From: an uncultured Actinomycetes bacterium
GTDB lineage: Bacteria > Actinomycetota > UBA4738 > HRBIN12
Assembly (NCBI GenBank): GCA_963704885.1
Contig: CAVPIB010000001.1
Location: 320,001-384,000, forward strand
Direction of reading: 5' to 3'
DNA length: 64,000 bases
Shown: one piece after another, positions 48,088 to 57,318 of the stretch
How positions within the stretch are numbered: position 1 is the stretch's first letter
How the letters are laid out: every line of letters starts with the position of its first letter
The notes under the pieces: model-generated
Database searches by the model: none
The model's input: only the letters and a program-made list of their open reading frames with translations
What the model was told of the DNA's origin: nothing
Translations under genes and position numbers: made by a program

Positions 48088-48732
48088 GTGGTCGACGAGC
48101 TACGACTGGCGGCGTCGGTGATCGCGGGGCGCGACGCTCCGGGCGGTCTCGAGCTGCTCGTGATCGAGCGGAGTCGCACCAGCCGGTTCCTGCCCGGATA
48201 CGTGGCGTTCCCGGGCGGCGCGGCGAGCGAAGGCGATGCCGATCTCGCCGCGGAGTGGTTCGGGACCGTCGACGAAGCATCGCGTGCCTGCGCGATCCGG
48301 GAGCTTGCCGAGGAGACGGCGCTCGCGCTCACCGTCGATGGGCTTGGTCCCATCGGTGGTTGGGACCCGCTCAGCCCCGTTGGCATGGCGCCGCCCTCGA
48401 CCGATCAGCTTCCCGAGATGGCGCACTGGGTCGCTCCTGAGGATGTCCCCGTGCGGTTCGACGCCCGCTACTACGGTGTGGAGTCGATCGACGGGCTGGA
48501 GCCGACTCCGGACGGGACAGAGGCGGCAGCCGCCTGGTGGGCGAACGTCGCGGCGATCCTTGCGGATCATGAGTCCGGCCAGCGCAAGGTCTACTGGCCG
48601 ACCTACTTCACGCTGGTCCATCTGGCGGCGTGTCGCTCGGTCGCCGACGTTCTGGCGCTTCGGTTCGAGACCCGGGAGCCGACCGATGCCGAGGTCGAAG
48701 CGCTTCCGCGCTCAACGTTCTGGCAGGACTGA
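48088..48732 (+). CDS. NUDIX hydrolase (NUDT19-like)
   Basis: AFPGG...AIRELAEET, HWVAP...RFDARYY and YWPT. Confidence 0.85.
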   Translation: MVDELRLAASVIAGRDAPGGLELLVIERSRTSRFLPGYVAFPGGAASEGDADLAAEWFGTVDEASRACAIRELAEETALALTVDGLGPIGGWDPLSPVGMAPPSTDQLPEMAHWVAPEDVPVRFDARYYGVESIDGLEPTPDGTEAAAAWWANVAAILADHESGQRKVYWPTYFTLVHLAACRSVADVLALRFETREPTDAEVEALPRSTFWQD

Positions 48733-48734
48733 AC

Positions 48735-49617
48735 GTGCTCCCGATCGTTCGCGTGCTGGCGCCCAATCCCAGCGTCTACACGTTGGAGGGGACCAACACC
48801 TGGGTGGTGGGGCGAGATCCGTCGGTGGTGATCGATCCGGGCCCGGACATCGCGTCCCATCTCGACGATGTCGAGCGCGTGGCGGGACGCGTCTCGGCGG
48901 TCCTGGTGACCCACGATCACGAGGACCACGCTCCCGGTGCGCCGGCGTTCGCGGCGCGCGTTCGCGCGCCGCTGTTCGCGTTCCGACTGGACGGGCGCGG
49001 AGCATCTGCGCGACGGGCAACGGTTCCCGGCCTCCGACGCGGCCGAGATCGTCGCCGTTGCGACGCCGGGCCATTCCTCGGATCACGTGGCGTTCTTCAT
49101 TCCCTCCGAGGCCGCGCTGTTCACCGGCGACGCAGTGGTGGGGCGCGGCACCAGCTTCATCGATCCGCCGGACGGCGACCTGGCCCAGTACCTGCGTTCG
49201 CTCCACCGCATGCAGGAGCTGCACCCGCGGACGATCTATCCGGGTCACGGCCCGGTCGTGCTGAACGCTCGAGCGAAGCTGACCGAGTACGTGAGGCACC
49301 GCGAGGAACGCGAGGAGCAGGTGGTGGCCGCCATCTCGGACGGCCCGGCCACCGTCGCACAGATGGTCTCCGTGATCTACGTGAACTACCCGCCAGACGT
49401 GCACGAGCTCGCGGCTCGCTCGGTCCTGTCGCACCTGTTGAAGCTGGAGAGCGAAGGGCGGGCCGAGCACAAGGGATCCGGCGACGAAGCGACCTGGAAG
49501 GTCGCCACGCCGCGCACGTGCGATAGATGCGGACGTCCTGTGAAGGGTCGCGCCCGGCTATGCGGTTCGTGCAGCCTGGCCGTGCTCCAAGACACCGCGG
49601 ACGGAACGGATACCTAG
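48735..49617 (+). CDS. MBL-fold metallo-hydrolase (LACTB2-like) with winged helix and C-terminal Zn ribbon; +1 frameshift at GGG 48993-48995
   Basis: APNPSVYTLEGTNTW, IDPGP and THDHEDH in the first frame; TPGHSSDH, FTGD and YPGHG in the second; deleting one G joins them. Confidence 0.88.
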
Positions 49618-49627
49618 TGGGCCGCGT

Positions 49628-50218
49628 TCATTCCCTCGCTGCATCCACTACGACCAGCCTGGTCCGGACGACGTAGCGACCGCGGGCCGCCATGCGGACC
49701 GTCCCCTCATCCATGAGCGACCGGAGGGCTCGGTTGATCGACTCTCGCGCGGCGCCCGCGAGCGCGGCCATCTCGTCCTGCGTGAGGGGCAGCTGGATCA
49801 GTCGACCTCCTTCCACGGGGCGTCCGAACCTGTCGGCCAAGTCTTCCAGCCTCCGCGCGACCCGCGCGCGGACGTCGAGCCAGGCCAGGTCGGCGGCCAG
49901 GGCCGCGGCGCGGTGGGCGCGAGCGGCGAGGAGGTCGGCCGCGGCCCTGGGGTGCACCGAGACCAGGCGGCTGGGACGGAGCGCTCGGACCGTGACCGGC
50001 GAGACCACGCCCGGCGGCTCGCCCACCAGATGCCCTTCACCTGCCACGTCTAGAACCAGCTCATGTCCATCGTCCGAGACCTGTGCGACCCGCAGGGCGC
50101 CCGAACGGACCAGCCACAGTCCGTCGCCTGAGCTGCCCTGGCGAACGGGCGTGGCACCCTGCCGGAGGACGACGGTGAGGGGGAGCGGTTGTGCGACGCC
50201 GGTCGAACTGGCCGACAC
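49628..50218 (-). CDS. Crp/Fnr family regulator with degenerate cNMP domain
   Basis: DVRARVARRL and LTQDEMAALAGAARESINRAL HTH; AAGGAG RBS; shortened ligand domain. Confidence 0.85.
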   Translation of the reverse strand: MSASSTGVAQPLPLTVVLRQGATPVRQGSSGDGLWLVRSGALRVAQVSDDGHELVLDVAGEGHLVGEPPGVVSPVTVRALRPSRLVSVHPRAAADLLAARAHRAAALAADLAWLDVRARVARRLEDLADRFGRPVEGGRLIQLPLTQDEMAALAGAARESINRALRSLMDEGTVRMAARGRYVVRTRLVVVDAARE

Positions 50219-50328
50219 ACGCCACTCCTTCCGCTGTGCGGAGCGCGAGGCTACACGCCGCCGCCGACACGGATCGGCACAGGGACCGCGTGGCGCTGCG
50301 ACCGGTTGCGGGGGTAGGCTTGCGCTCT

Positions 50329-50751
50329 ATGGCGACCAAGCAGCTGATCGCGGCACTCGGCGGGGTGCCCCTGTTCGAGAGCCTGTCCAGCAAGCAACTG
50401 AAGAAGGTGGCCGAGCTGGCCGTGATCGCCCGGTTCATGGCGGGCGCCACCATCGTTAAGCAGGGCGTGATCGGCGACAGCTTCTACGTGGTGCTCACAG
50501 GTCAGTGCAAGGTCGTGGCGAACGGCCGCACGATCCACCGACTGATGCCGGGCGATCACTTCGGGGAGATCTCGCTCCTGGACGGTGGTGAGAGGTCGGC
50601 CTCGGTGGTGGCCGAGACGCCCATGACTCTCCTGGAGATCACCCAGAAGCAGTTCCTCGGCATGTTGTCGAAGGACCCGGAGATCACCGTAGCGCTGCTC
50701 GCGGGCATCGCTCGCGCCGTCCGGCGGATGGATCGTTCGCTCGCCGGGTAG
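50329..50751 (+). CDS. Stand-alone cyclic nucleotide-binding domain protein
   Basis: VPLFESLS, QG..GDSFYVV and PGDHFGEISLLDGGERSASV. Confidence 0.9.
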   Translation: MATKQLIAALGGVPLFESLSSKQLKKVAELAVIARFMAGATIVKQGVIGDSFYVVLTGQCKVVANGRTIHRLMPGDHFGEISLLDGGERSASVVAETPMTLLEITQKQFLGMLSKDPEITVALLAGIARAVRRMDRSLAG

Positions 50752-50761
50752 CCTTCGGCGC

Positions 50762-51118
50762 ATGCAGGTCGAGTTCCACGGTCATGATGAGCCCGACGTC
50801 GTTCTGGCGACGGTCGTGTGGGCGGAAGGTGAGCCCGTGATCTCGAGCCAGGACGACGCCCTGGCCGCCACGCTCACCCGCGCGTTCCGCCGCACCCCGG
50901 TGGTGATCGACGATGCCTCCTACCGAAGGCTCGGCACTTCAGGCGACGTGCAGATCCAACCCGGCAGCCTGGAGTGGTTCCGCGCCGTGGTCCAGGCCCG
51001 GGTCCCTGCCGAGACCGGCCTGATCGGCCGCTTCGTGCCGGGGGTAAGCGAGGGCGGGTTCGATCCCGCGGCCGGTTACCGGACTTTCGAAGACTCGATC
51101 GAACGGCTCACGACGTAG
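50762..51118 (+). CDS. Hypothetical protein
   Basis: 118-aa ORF 10 nt after the cNMP gene, with host-like codon usage. Confidence 0.6.
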   Translation: MQVEFHGHDEPDVVLATVVWAEGEPVISSQDDALAATLTRAFRRTPVVIDDASYRRLGTSGDVQIQPGSLEWFRAVVQARVPAETGLIGRFVPGVSEGGFDPAAGYRTFEDSIERLTT

Positions 51119-54100
51119 CGGTCGTGACACTCGCGTCTGCGGTGTTCGCCGCCAGCCACGTCTTGCCCTCGGAGCAGAACGCTCGGAAGTCGCAGTAGGT
51201 GCACTGTGGTCCCGGCGTGGGGTCGAACGACCCGGCGTCGATCGAGCGGAGCGCGTCCACCACACCGGCGCGAACGGCCGCCGGGTCCTCCATGGGATGC
51301 GACACCTCGTCGGCGCTTGCCAGGTACAGATACGTGAGCGTCAGCTCGTCGGGCCGCTTACCCCAGATCTCCATACAGGCCAGGCCGTACAGATCCAGTT
51401 GGAGCGCCGCCAGCGGGTCGTCTGAGGGCGGTCGCCGGCCTGTCTTCCAGTCGACGACCTCCCACGAGCCGTCGGGTCGTCCGAACACCGCGTCGATCCG
51501 CCCACCCACCGTGAAGCCCTCCAGCCGCAGCAGGAAAGGCCGTTCCACGTACAGCGGCGTCACCTCCGCGAACCGGCTGGACAGGAACGTCTCTCGGAGT
51601 CGTCCCACCTTGCCCGGCTCGCCCGCAAGCTCCTCGGTGGTGAGATCGGGTGCTTCCTCCAGCTCGAGCAGCACGGTCTGGCCGCTCGCTCGCCGCTCGA
51701 TCCACTTGTGCACCTCGGTGCCGATCCTCGCCGCCGGCCCGCTGAATCGGGGCAGCTGGCGAACGGCCGTCCAGTAATAGCGCTTCGGGCAGCGCGCGTA
51801 GTCGATCACGCCGCTGGCCGAGACGGTCCGCGCCGCTCCGATCGCCGCCGAGATCCCGTCGGTGCCTTCCCTTTCCAGCAGGAACGCGGCGTGGTGTCGC
51901 CGCTCGGCCGCCAGCTCCTCGAAGAGCTCGCGCTCGTCCGGCTTCAGCGCGTCGATCGATGCCGGCTGGACGCCGCCACCGTCAGTCGCCTCGATCGCGG
52001 CGTGGCGCCACCCATCCGGGAACAGTTCATCGTGAGCCTCCGGCCTGGCGGGCTCGGGCCAATCGCGAACGAATCTCTCGCGGTAGCCCATCAACGGGTT
52101 GGTCTCCTCGTCGATGTCGGCCCCCGGATCGAACGTGGCGTGCCGTGTCTCGTGCACCCAATCCGCGAGCTCCTTCAGGAACTTCCCGCCCTCCTTGGCG
52201 TTGATGTTCTCGCCGTACCAGTGTGCGCCGGTGCAGTACAGACGCTTGCGCGCGCGCGTGAGAGCCACGTAGGCGGTCCGGCGCTCCTCGTGCTCCTCCT
52301 GGGCCTGCAGCGCAGCCTTGAAGTGCGAGAGCACGCCGTCGTAGGTGGGCAGGATGGCCGCGTCGCCGCGCAGCTCGAAGTCCATCGACTTGGGGCGCTC
52401 GGCAGGGTTGTGCTGGATCCGCGTGCTGGGCAGGAGCCCCTTCGCCAAACCCGGCACGAACACGGTCTCGAACTCGAGCCCCTTCGCGGCGTGGATCGTC
52501 ATGACCTTCACCGAGTCCTCGGCGGATGGCTGGACCGGCGCCCATTCCGGTTTGTCCAGGCGTTCGACCGTGTCCACGTACTCCAAGAACGCGCGGAGCG
52601 TGAGTTCGCCCTCGACCGGCTCGAACGCGTGAACCTCATCCACGAATGCGGCCAGGTTCCGCTTGGTAGCGGCGGCCACCGCCGGGTCCGCGTGGGCGTC
52701 CAGCTCCGACAGGATGCCGGTCCGCCGGACGATCTCACCCAGGAACTCACCGACGGGCTTGCGCGCCTGGACCTGAAGATCCGCCAGCTCGGTCCGGAAC
52801 TCCTCGAGCCGTTCCCGCGCTTCCTCAGAGAGACCGTCGACCTCGTCCAGATGCTCCAGCGCCTCGGCGAACAGGAACGGCTTGGCTTCACCCTCCTCCT
52901 CGTCCTCCAGACGGAGCGAATAGCTCTTGACCTTCGCCAGACCGGCGACGCGCGCAAGATCCTTGAACCCCACGCGGTACCGAGGCCCCAGCAGGATCCG
53001 CGCGAGCGCGACGCTCGCGAGCGGGTCGCTCACCGCCCGCGCATACGCCAGCACCTCCACGACCTCCGGCAGGCGGAGCAGCCCCGCCAGCCCCAGGATC
53101 TCGACCGGGATGTCGTGTTCGCCGAACGCCTGCTGCAGCGAGAAGAACAGACGGCTCGAACGGCAGAGCACGGCCATGTCGGCCCAGCGTTCACCGGCTT
53201 CGTGCAGCGACACGATCCGCTCGGCGATCCATGACGCCTCGCGCCACTCGTCGGAGATCCGCTCAACGTGGACCTCGCCGGTCCCGTTCTCGAGCCACGG
53301 CACCAGGCGCTTGTCGGGGTCGGGGCGCTGGGCGTCGGGGAGCTTGGAGATGAGCGTGTCGGCCGCCTCCAGGATCCACGCTCCGGAGCGGAAGTTGGTG
53401 TAGAGCGGGAGCTGCGCGCTGGGCGTGCCGTCCGCGCGCGGGAACCGCTGCGGGAAGTCGAGCAGGTTGAACAGGCTGGCGCCGCGCCATGCGTAGATGT
53501 TCTGGTCGGGATCGCCGACAGCCGTCACCGGATGGCCTTGACCGAAGACCCCAGCGATCAGCGCGGCCTGCGCGACGTTGGTGTCCTGGTACTCGTCCAG
53601 CAGCACGGCGTCGAACCGCTGCCGGTACTCGTCGGCAACCTCTGGATGTTCCTCTGCCACCTGCAGCGCCAGCGAGATCTGGTCGCCGAAGTCGATCACG
53701 CCCAGGTCGCGCTTGAGCTGGCGGAAGATCGCCGCACCTCTGGCCAGCTCGATCCGCTCGACCGCCGACGCGTACGCCCGGTCCGAGCGGTGCTCCTTCA
53801 GCTGTTCCAGCCGCAGCTCGTTGAACCCGATGATCTCCTCGGGTGTGCGCCGGTGGTTCGCCGCCTGATCGTCGAGCGTCAGGATGTTGTCGATCACGGT
53901 CTGCTGCCGCTCGACGTTCACGTGCTCGAACGTCATCAGATCCATGACGCGCGCGCAGAGCTCCGTCTTCTGCGCCGGCGACAGGACCCTCTGATCGGGC
54001 TCGACGCCCACGAGCATGCCGTAGCGGTCAAGGAGCTGCGCCGCGAACCCGTGGTAGTTCACGACCTCCGGCTCCTCGCCCTCGGCCAGCTCCAGCGGCG

Positions 54101-54395
54101 CGATCGCCTCTCGGACGCGCCGCTGAAGGTTCTCGGTCGCCTTGTTCGTGAAGGTCAGGCACAGCACGTTGCCGGGAAGGACGCCGGGACCTCCGGCGGC
54201 ATCGGTCAGCCGGCCGCTCGCCACCAACGCCAGGTAGACGACTCGGGCCGCCATCACCGAGGTCTTGCCCGATCCCGCGCCCGCGACCAGCACGAACGGC
54301 TCCAGCGGCCACGAGATGGCCGTCCACTGCTCCTCGGTGGGCGGACGGCCGCCCATGACGGCAACGATCTCCGGCGGGTAGACGCGATCCGTCAT
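51108..54395 (-). CDS. adnB: ATP-dependent helicase/nuclease subunit AdnB (UvrD + PD-(D/E)xK)
   Basis: AGAGSGKT, LTFTNKA, LDEYQDT, VGDPDQNIYAWRGA, TIHAAKGLEF, YVALTRA; nuclease GRIDAV..VDWKTG..QLDLY; ATG overlaps the adnA stop. Confidence 0.9.
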   Translation of the reverse strand: MTDRVYPPEIVAVMGGRPPTEEQWTAISWPLEPFVLVAGAGSGKTSVMAARVVYLALVASGRLTDAAGGPGVLPGNVLCLTFTNKATENLQRRVREAIAPLELAEGEEPEVVNYHGFAAQLLDRYGMLVGVEPDQRVLSPAQKTELCARVMDLMTFEHVNVERQQTVIDNILTLDDQAANHRRTPEEIIGFNELRLEQLKEHRSDRAYASAVERIELARGAAIFRQLKRDLGVIDFGDQISLALQVAEEHPEVADEYRQRFDAVLLDEYQDTNVAQAALIAGVFGQGHPVTAVGDPDQNIYAWRGASLFNLLDFPQRFPRADGTPSAQLPLYTNFRSGAWILEAADTLISKLPDAQRPDPDKRLVPWLENGTGEVHVERISDEWREASWIAERIVSLHEAGERWADMAVLCRSSRLFFSLQQAFGEHDIPVEILGLAGLLRLPEVVEVLAYARAVSDPLASVALARILLGPRYRVGFKDLARVAGLAKVKSYSLRLEDEEEGEAKPFLFAEALEHLDEVDGLSEEARERLEEFRTELADLQVQARKPVGEFLGEIVRRTGILSELDAHADPAVAAATKRNLAAFVDEVHAFEPVEGELTLRAFLEYVDTVERLDKPEWAPVQPSAEDSVKVMTIHAAKGLEFETVFVPGLAKGLLPSTRIQHNPAERPKSMDFELRGDAAILPTYDGVLSHFKAALQAQEEHEERRTAYVALTRARKRLYCTGAHWYGENINAKEGGKFLKELADWVHETRHATFDPGADIDEETNPLMGYRERFVRDWPEPARPEAHDELFPDGWRHAAIEATDGGGVQPASIDALKPDERELFEELAAERRHHAAFLLEREGTDGISAAIGAARTVSASGVIDYARCPKRYYWTAVRQLPRFSGPAARIGTEVHKWIERRASGQTVLLELEEAPDLTTEELAGEPGKVGRLRETFLSSRFAEVTPLYVERPFLLRLEGFTVGGRIDAVFGRPDGSWEVVDWKTGRRPPSDDPLAALQLDLYGLACMEIWGKRPDELTLTYLYLASADEVSHPMEDPAAVRAGVVDALRSIDAGSFDPTPGPQCTYCDFRAFCSEGKTWLAANTADASVTTATS

Positions 54396-57280
54396 GTCCG
54401 ATCCTCCACCGGGAACAACGGCGCGCCCTGCGGGTAGAGCGAGCAGAGCGTCTTGAAGTCGCAGAAGAAGCAGTCGGCGCGCGGGTTGGGGCGGTAGCGC
54501 TCCTCCTGGTTCAGGCGGCGGAGCTCCGCGATCAGCGTGGACAGGCGCTCGCGCATCGCCGCCTGGTAGGCGGCCTCCCGCTCGCCGGTCCCCACCTCCC
54601 ACTCGCGCATCTCGATGTCGCCGCGCTTGTAGTGACCCTTGATGTAGGCCAGCTCCACGCCGGTTATAGGTCCGATCGCCTTCAGGTCGGGCGCCTCCTG
54701 CGCGGCCAGGTAGTAGATGCCCAGCTGCAGGCTCTCGTTGGCTTTCGGCGCAGCGTAGGAGCTTCCGGTCTTGTAGTCGGTGATCCGTGTGCCGTAGCCG
54801 AGCGCGTCGGGACCGATCCGGTCGATGAAACCGACGATCGTCGCTCCGTCGTACTCGAACTCGAACCGCTCCTCGGTGCCGGTCGCCGGATGCTCGCCGT
54901 ACCTGCCGAACCAGTTGGGCAGCATGCGTTCCTTGGCCAGGCGACGCCACGCCTGGGAGACGGCCGTGGACGGGAACTCCTGTGGACGCCAGCGAGCGTC
55001 CACCTCGGCCACCAACGCGGGCAGCTCGCGCGGCAGCGCCCCGTTCTCGCAGTCCTCGATCATCCGGTGGATCAGCTTGCCGACCCATGCCTGGTAGCCG
55101 ACCTGTCCGCCCAGCCCCAACTCGGCGGAAAGCACGTACTGAAGCTCGCAGTTCTCCAGGGTGGAGAGCTTGGAGTACGACACGCGCACATCCTGGTGGA
55201 GCGGCTCGCCGTCATCGGTCCAGTCGCGCTGGAACCACCAGGCCCGCGGGTCCACGCCAAGCGCCACCAGCCCCTCGAGCGCGGCAAGCCTGCGCGCCGA
55301 CGGCACGTCCAGGTCGGCGAGCGTCCGCCGCCAGGTGGCGGTGGCCTCCCCCACCGAGACCGGCTCCTCGAACGGCCCGGCCGGGATGGGCGTCCACCCA
55401 ACGCCCAGCTCGTCGGCGAACCGCGAGGCGGTGGAAGAGCCATCCGGATGCGCCTGGCTGGCGGCCAGCACGACCCGGCTGCGCGCCCGGCCGAGCAGCA
55501 TCCGGAACAGGCGGCGCTCGTCCTCCAGTCGGGCGCGGTTGCGCTCGGAACGGCTGACCGGTCGCGCCAACGCCTCAAGGTCGAACATGGGCTCGGGCCG
55601 CGACAGGCTGGGGAAGTTGCCCTCGACCGCGCCCGCCACGATGACCGTGTCCAGTTCGGCACCCGCCGCGCCGTGCGCCGTCAGCACGCGGACGGCGTCC
55701 AGCTTGGCCGGCTCGGTCCCGCGATAGCCGGGTCCGTGGACGCCGGCGTCGAGCGCCTCGACGAACGCCTGCGTGGAGGTGTCGGATAGGTCGCCCGCCT
55801 CGGCAACGGCTCGCGAGAGCGCCAAGACCACGTCGATCTCCCGCCCCGCTTCGGCGGGATGGTCGGCTTCGGCGACCAGCCGCGCCGAGCACGGGAGCTC
55901 CTTCCACAGGATCCGGAACGTGTCCAGCACGGAGCGATCGGCGACTTCGGAGGCGCGTGCGAGCACATCGCGCAACGCGATCACGTCGGCGGCCTCGGCC
56001 TCCGTGATCCCATCGGTGTGCTCCAGGGCCGCGCCGATCGTTCCCGACGCGGCCTGCGCCGCGCGCATCAGTCCGCGCGCCGCCGCGGGCGACAGGCGCG
56101 CCAGATCCGACGTGAGCACCGACTCGATCAGCTGCTCACGCCCGTCGGCGCTCGCGGTGAGCCAGCGGAGCGCCAGAACGTAAGGGAAGCTCGCCGGCTC
56201 CGCCGTGAGCGCCATACCGCCTTCGGGGAGCGCGCGCGGCACGCCGGCGTCGTCCAGCGCGCGGATCAGCGAACCCAGGTGTGAACCCTGCCGCCGAACG
56301 ACCACCGCCAGCTCGTTCCACGGCACGCCCTCCTCCACGTGCAGCCGGCGGAGCTCGCGCGCGATCGCGGCGTGCTCCTCGGAGGTGTGGGGGGCGCTCC
56401 ACGCCTCCACCACGACCGGTATCTCCGCACGATGCGAGGAGCCCAGCGACACATGCTTCGCGCCTGCGGATCGCTCGACGAACCGCAGGATCGGGACGTC
56501 GGTCGTTCCCTGGAACGAGAAGACGTGCGCCTGTGGATCGCCGGCGACGACGAGGTCGGGCGCGGCCAGACCTTCCACGATGGCCTCGGCCGCGAAAGTG
56601 GTGTCCTGGTAGTCGTCCACGAGCAGGTGATCCAGCAGGGTCTCGCCGTCGTCCGCCACCTGTGCCGCGCGCTGCAGGAGCGCCGCGAAATCCACCACGT
56701 TGCGGCCGTCGATGACGTCCTGGTACTCGCGGTAGAACCGCGCGAGCTCCAGCCATCCGGTCAGGCCCGCCTTCTCCGCGCGCTCATGGATGTCCTCCGG
56801 CGTGAGCAGCGCCTCCTGCGCCCGCGACAGGAACTGCCGGACCTCGTCGGCGAACGCTCGCATGCCCAACATGTGGCCGTACGCAGGCCAGGCCGCCGGG
56901 TCCTGGTCGGTCAGCAGGTCCTGGACCAGCGCGAACTGATCGCCGGCCGTCAGCAGTTCCGGCGGTTCCATGTAGTCCAGCCTGCGGAACCGCGTGGTGA
57001 GCACCAGGCGCGCCAACCCGTGGACGGTGAGCACGCGCAGCTCGGGGAGCGAACCCTCGAACCTGGCGAGGAGCGCGCTCCGGGCCTCGACCTGTGCGGG
57101 ACGCGAGCCCACGACCAGCGCGACCCGCTCGGGATCCGCGTCGCTCTCCAACAGTCGGGCGAAGCGTTCGCGAAGTATCGCGGTCTTGCCGGTACCGGGA
57201 CCGCCAGTCACCAGGAGCGCGCCCTCGCGGTGCGACAGGACCCGCTCTTGATCGGGATCCGGTTGGAGGGGGGACGTCAT
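54392..57280 (-). CDS. adnA: ATP-dependent helicase/nuclease subunit AdnA
   Basis: Degenerate UvrD motifs (GGPGTGKT, VDDYQD, TAHGAAG); nuclease GFIDRI..TDYKTG..QLGIY and CFFCDFKTLC. Confidence 0.88.
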   Translation of the reverse strand: MTSPLQPDPDQERVLSHREGALLVTGGPGTGKTAILRERFARLLESDADPERVALVVGSRPAQVEARSALLARFEGSLPELRVLTVHGLARLVLTTRFRRLDYMEPPELLTAGDQFALVQDLLTDQDPAAWPAYGHMLGMRAFADEVRQFLSRAQEALLTPEDIHERAEKAGLTGWLELARFYREYQDVIDGRNVVDFAALLQRAAQVADDGETLLDHLLVDDYQDTTFAAEAIVEGLAAPDLVVAGDPQAHVFSFQGTTDVPILRFVERSAGAKHVSLGSSHRAEIPVVVEAWSAPHTSEEHAAIARELRRLHVEEGVPWNELAVVVRRQGSHLGSLIRALDDAGVPRALPEGGMALTAEPASFPYVLALRWLTASADGREQLIESVLTSDLARLSPAAARGLMRAAQAASGTIGAALEHTDGITEAEAADVIALRDVLARASEVADRSVLDTFRILWKELPCSARLVAEADHPAEAGREIDVVLALSRAVAEAGDLSDTSTQAFVEALDAGVHGPGYRGTEPAKLDAVRVLTAHGAAGAELDTVIVAGAVEGNFPSLSRPEPMFDLEALARPVSRSERNRARLEDERRLFRMLLGRARSRVVLAASQAHPDGSSTASRFADELGVGWTPIPAGPFEEPVSVGEATATWRRTLADLDVPSARRLAALEGLVALGVDPRAWWFQRDWTDDGEPLHQDVRVSYSKLSTLENCELQYVLSAELGLGGQVGYQAWVGKLIHRMIEDCENGALPRELPALVAEVDARWRPQEFPSTAVSQAWRRLAKERMLPNWFGRYGEHPATGTEERFEFEYDGATIVGFIDRIGPDALGYGTRITDYKTGSSYAAPKANESLQLGIYYLAAQEAPDLKAIGPITGVELAYIKGHYKRGDIEMREWEVGTGEREAAYQAAMRERLSTLIAELRRLNQEERYRPNPRADCFFCDFKTLCSLYPQGAPLFPVEDRT

Positions 57281-57318
57281 CAGGCTCGGATGCTACCCCG
57301 AGCCGCCGACAGCCCTGG

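Noticed and set aside
51108-55088. N-terminally extended ORF-track versions of adnB, the S9 peptidase (17733), lysC (20081) and the SGNH protein (6595)
   Set aside because: The extensions overlap neighbouring genes and are low-complexity; family homology begins at the downstream starts used here
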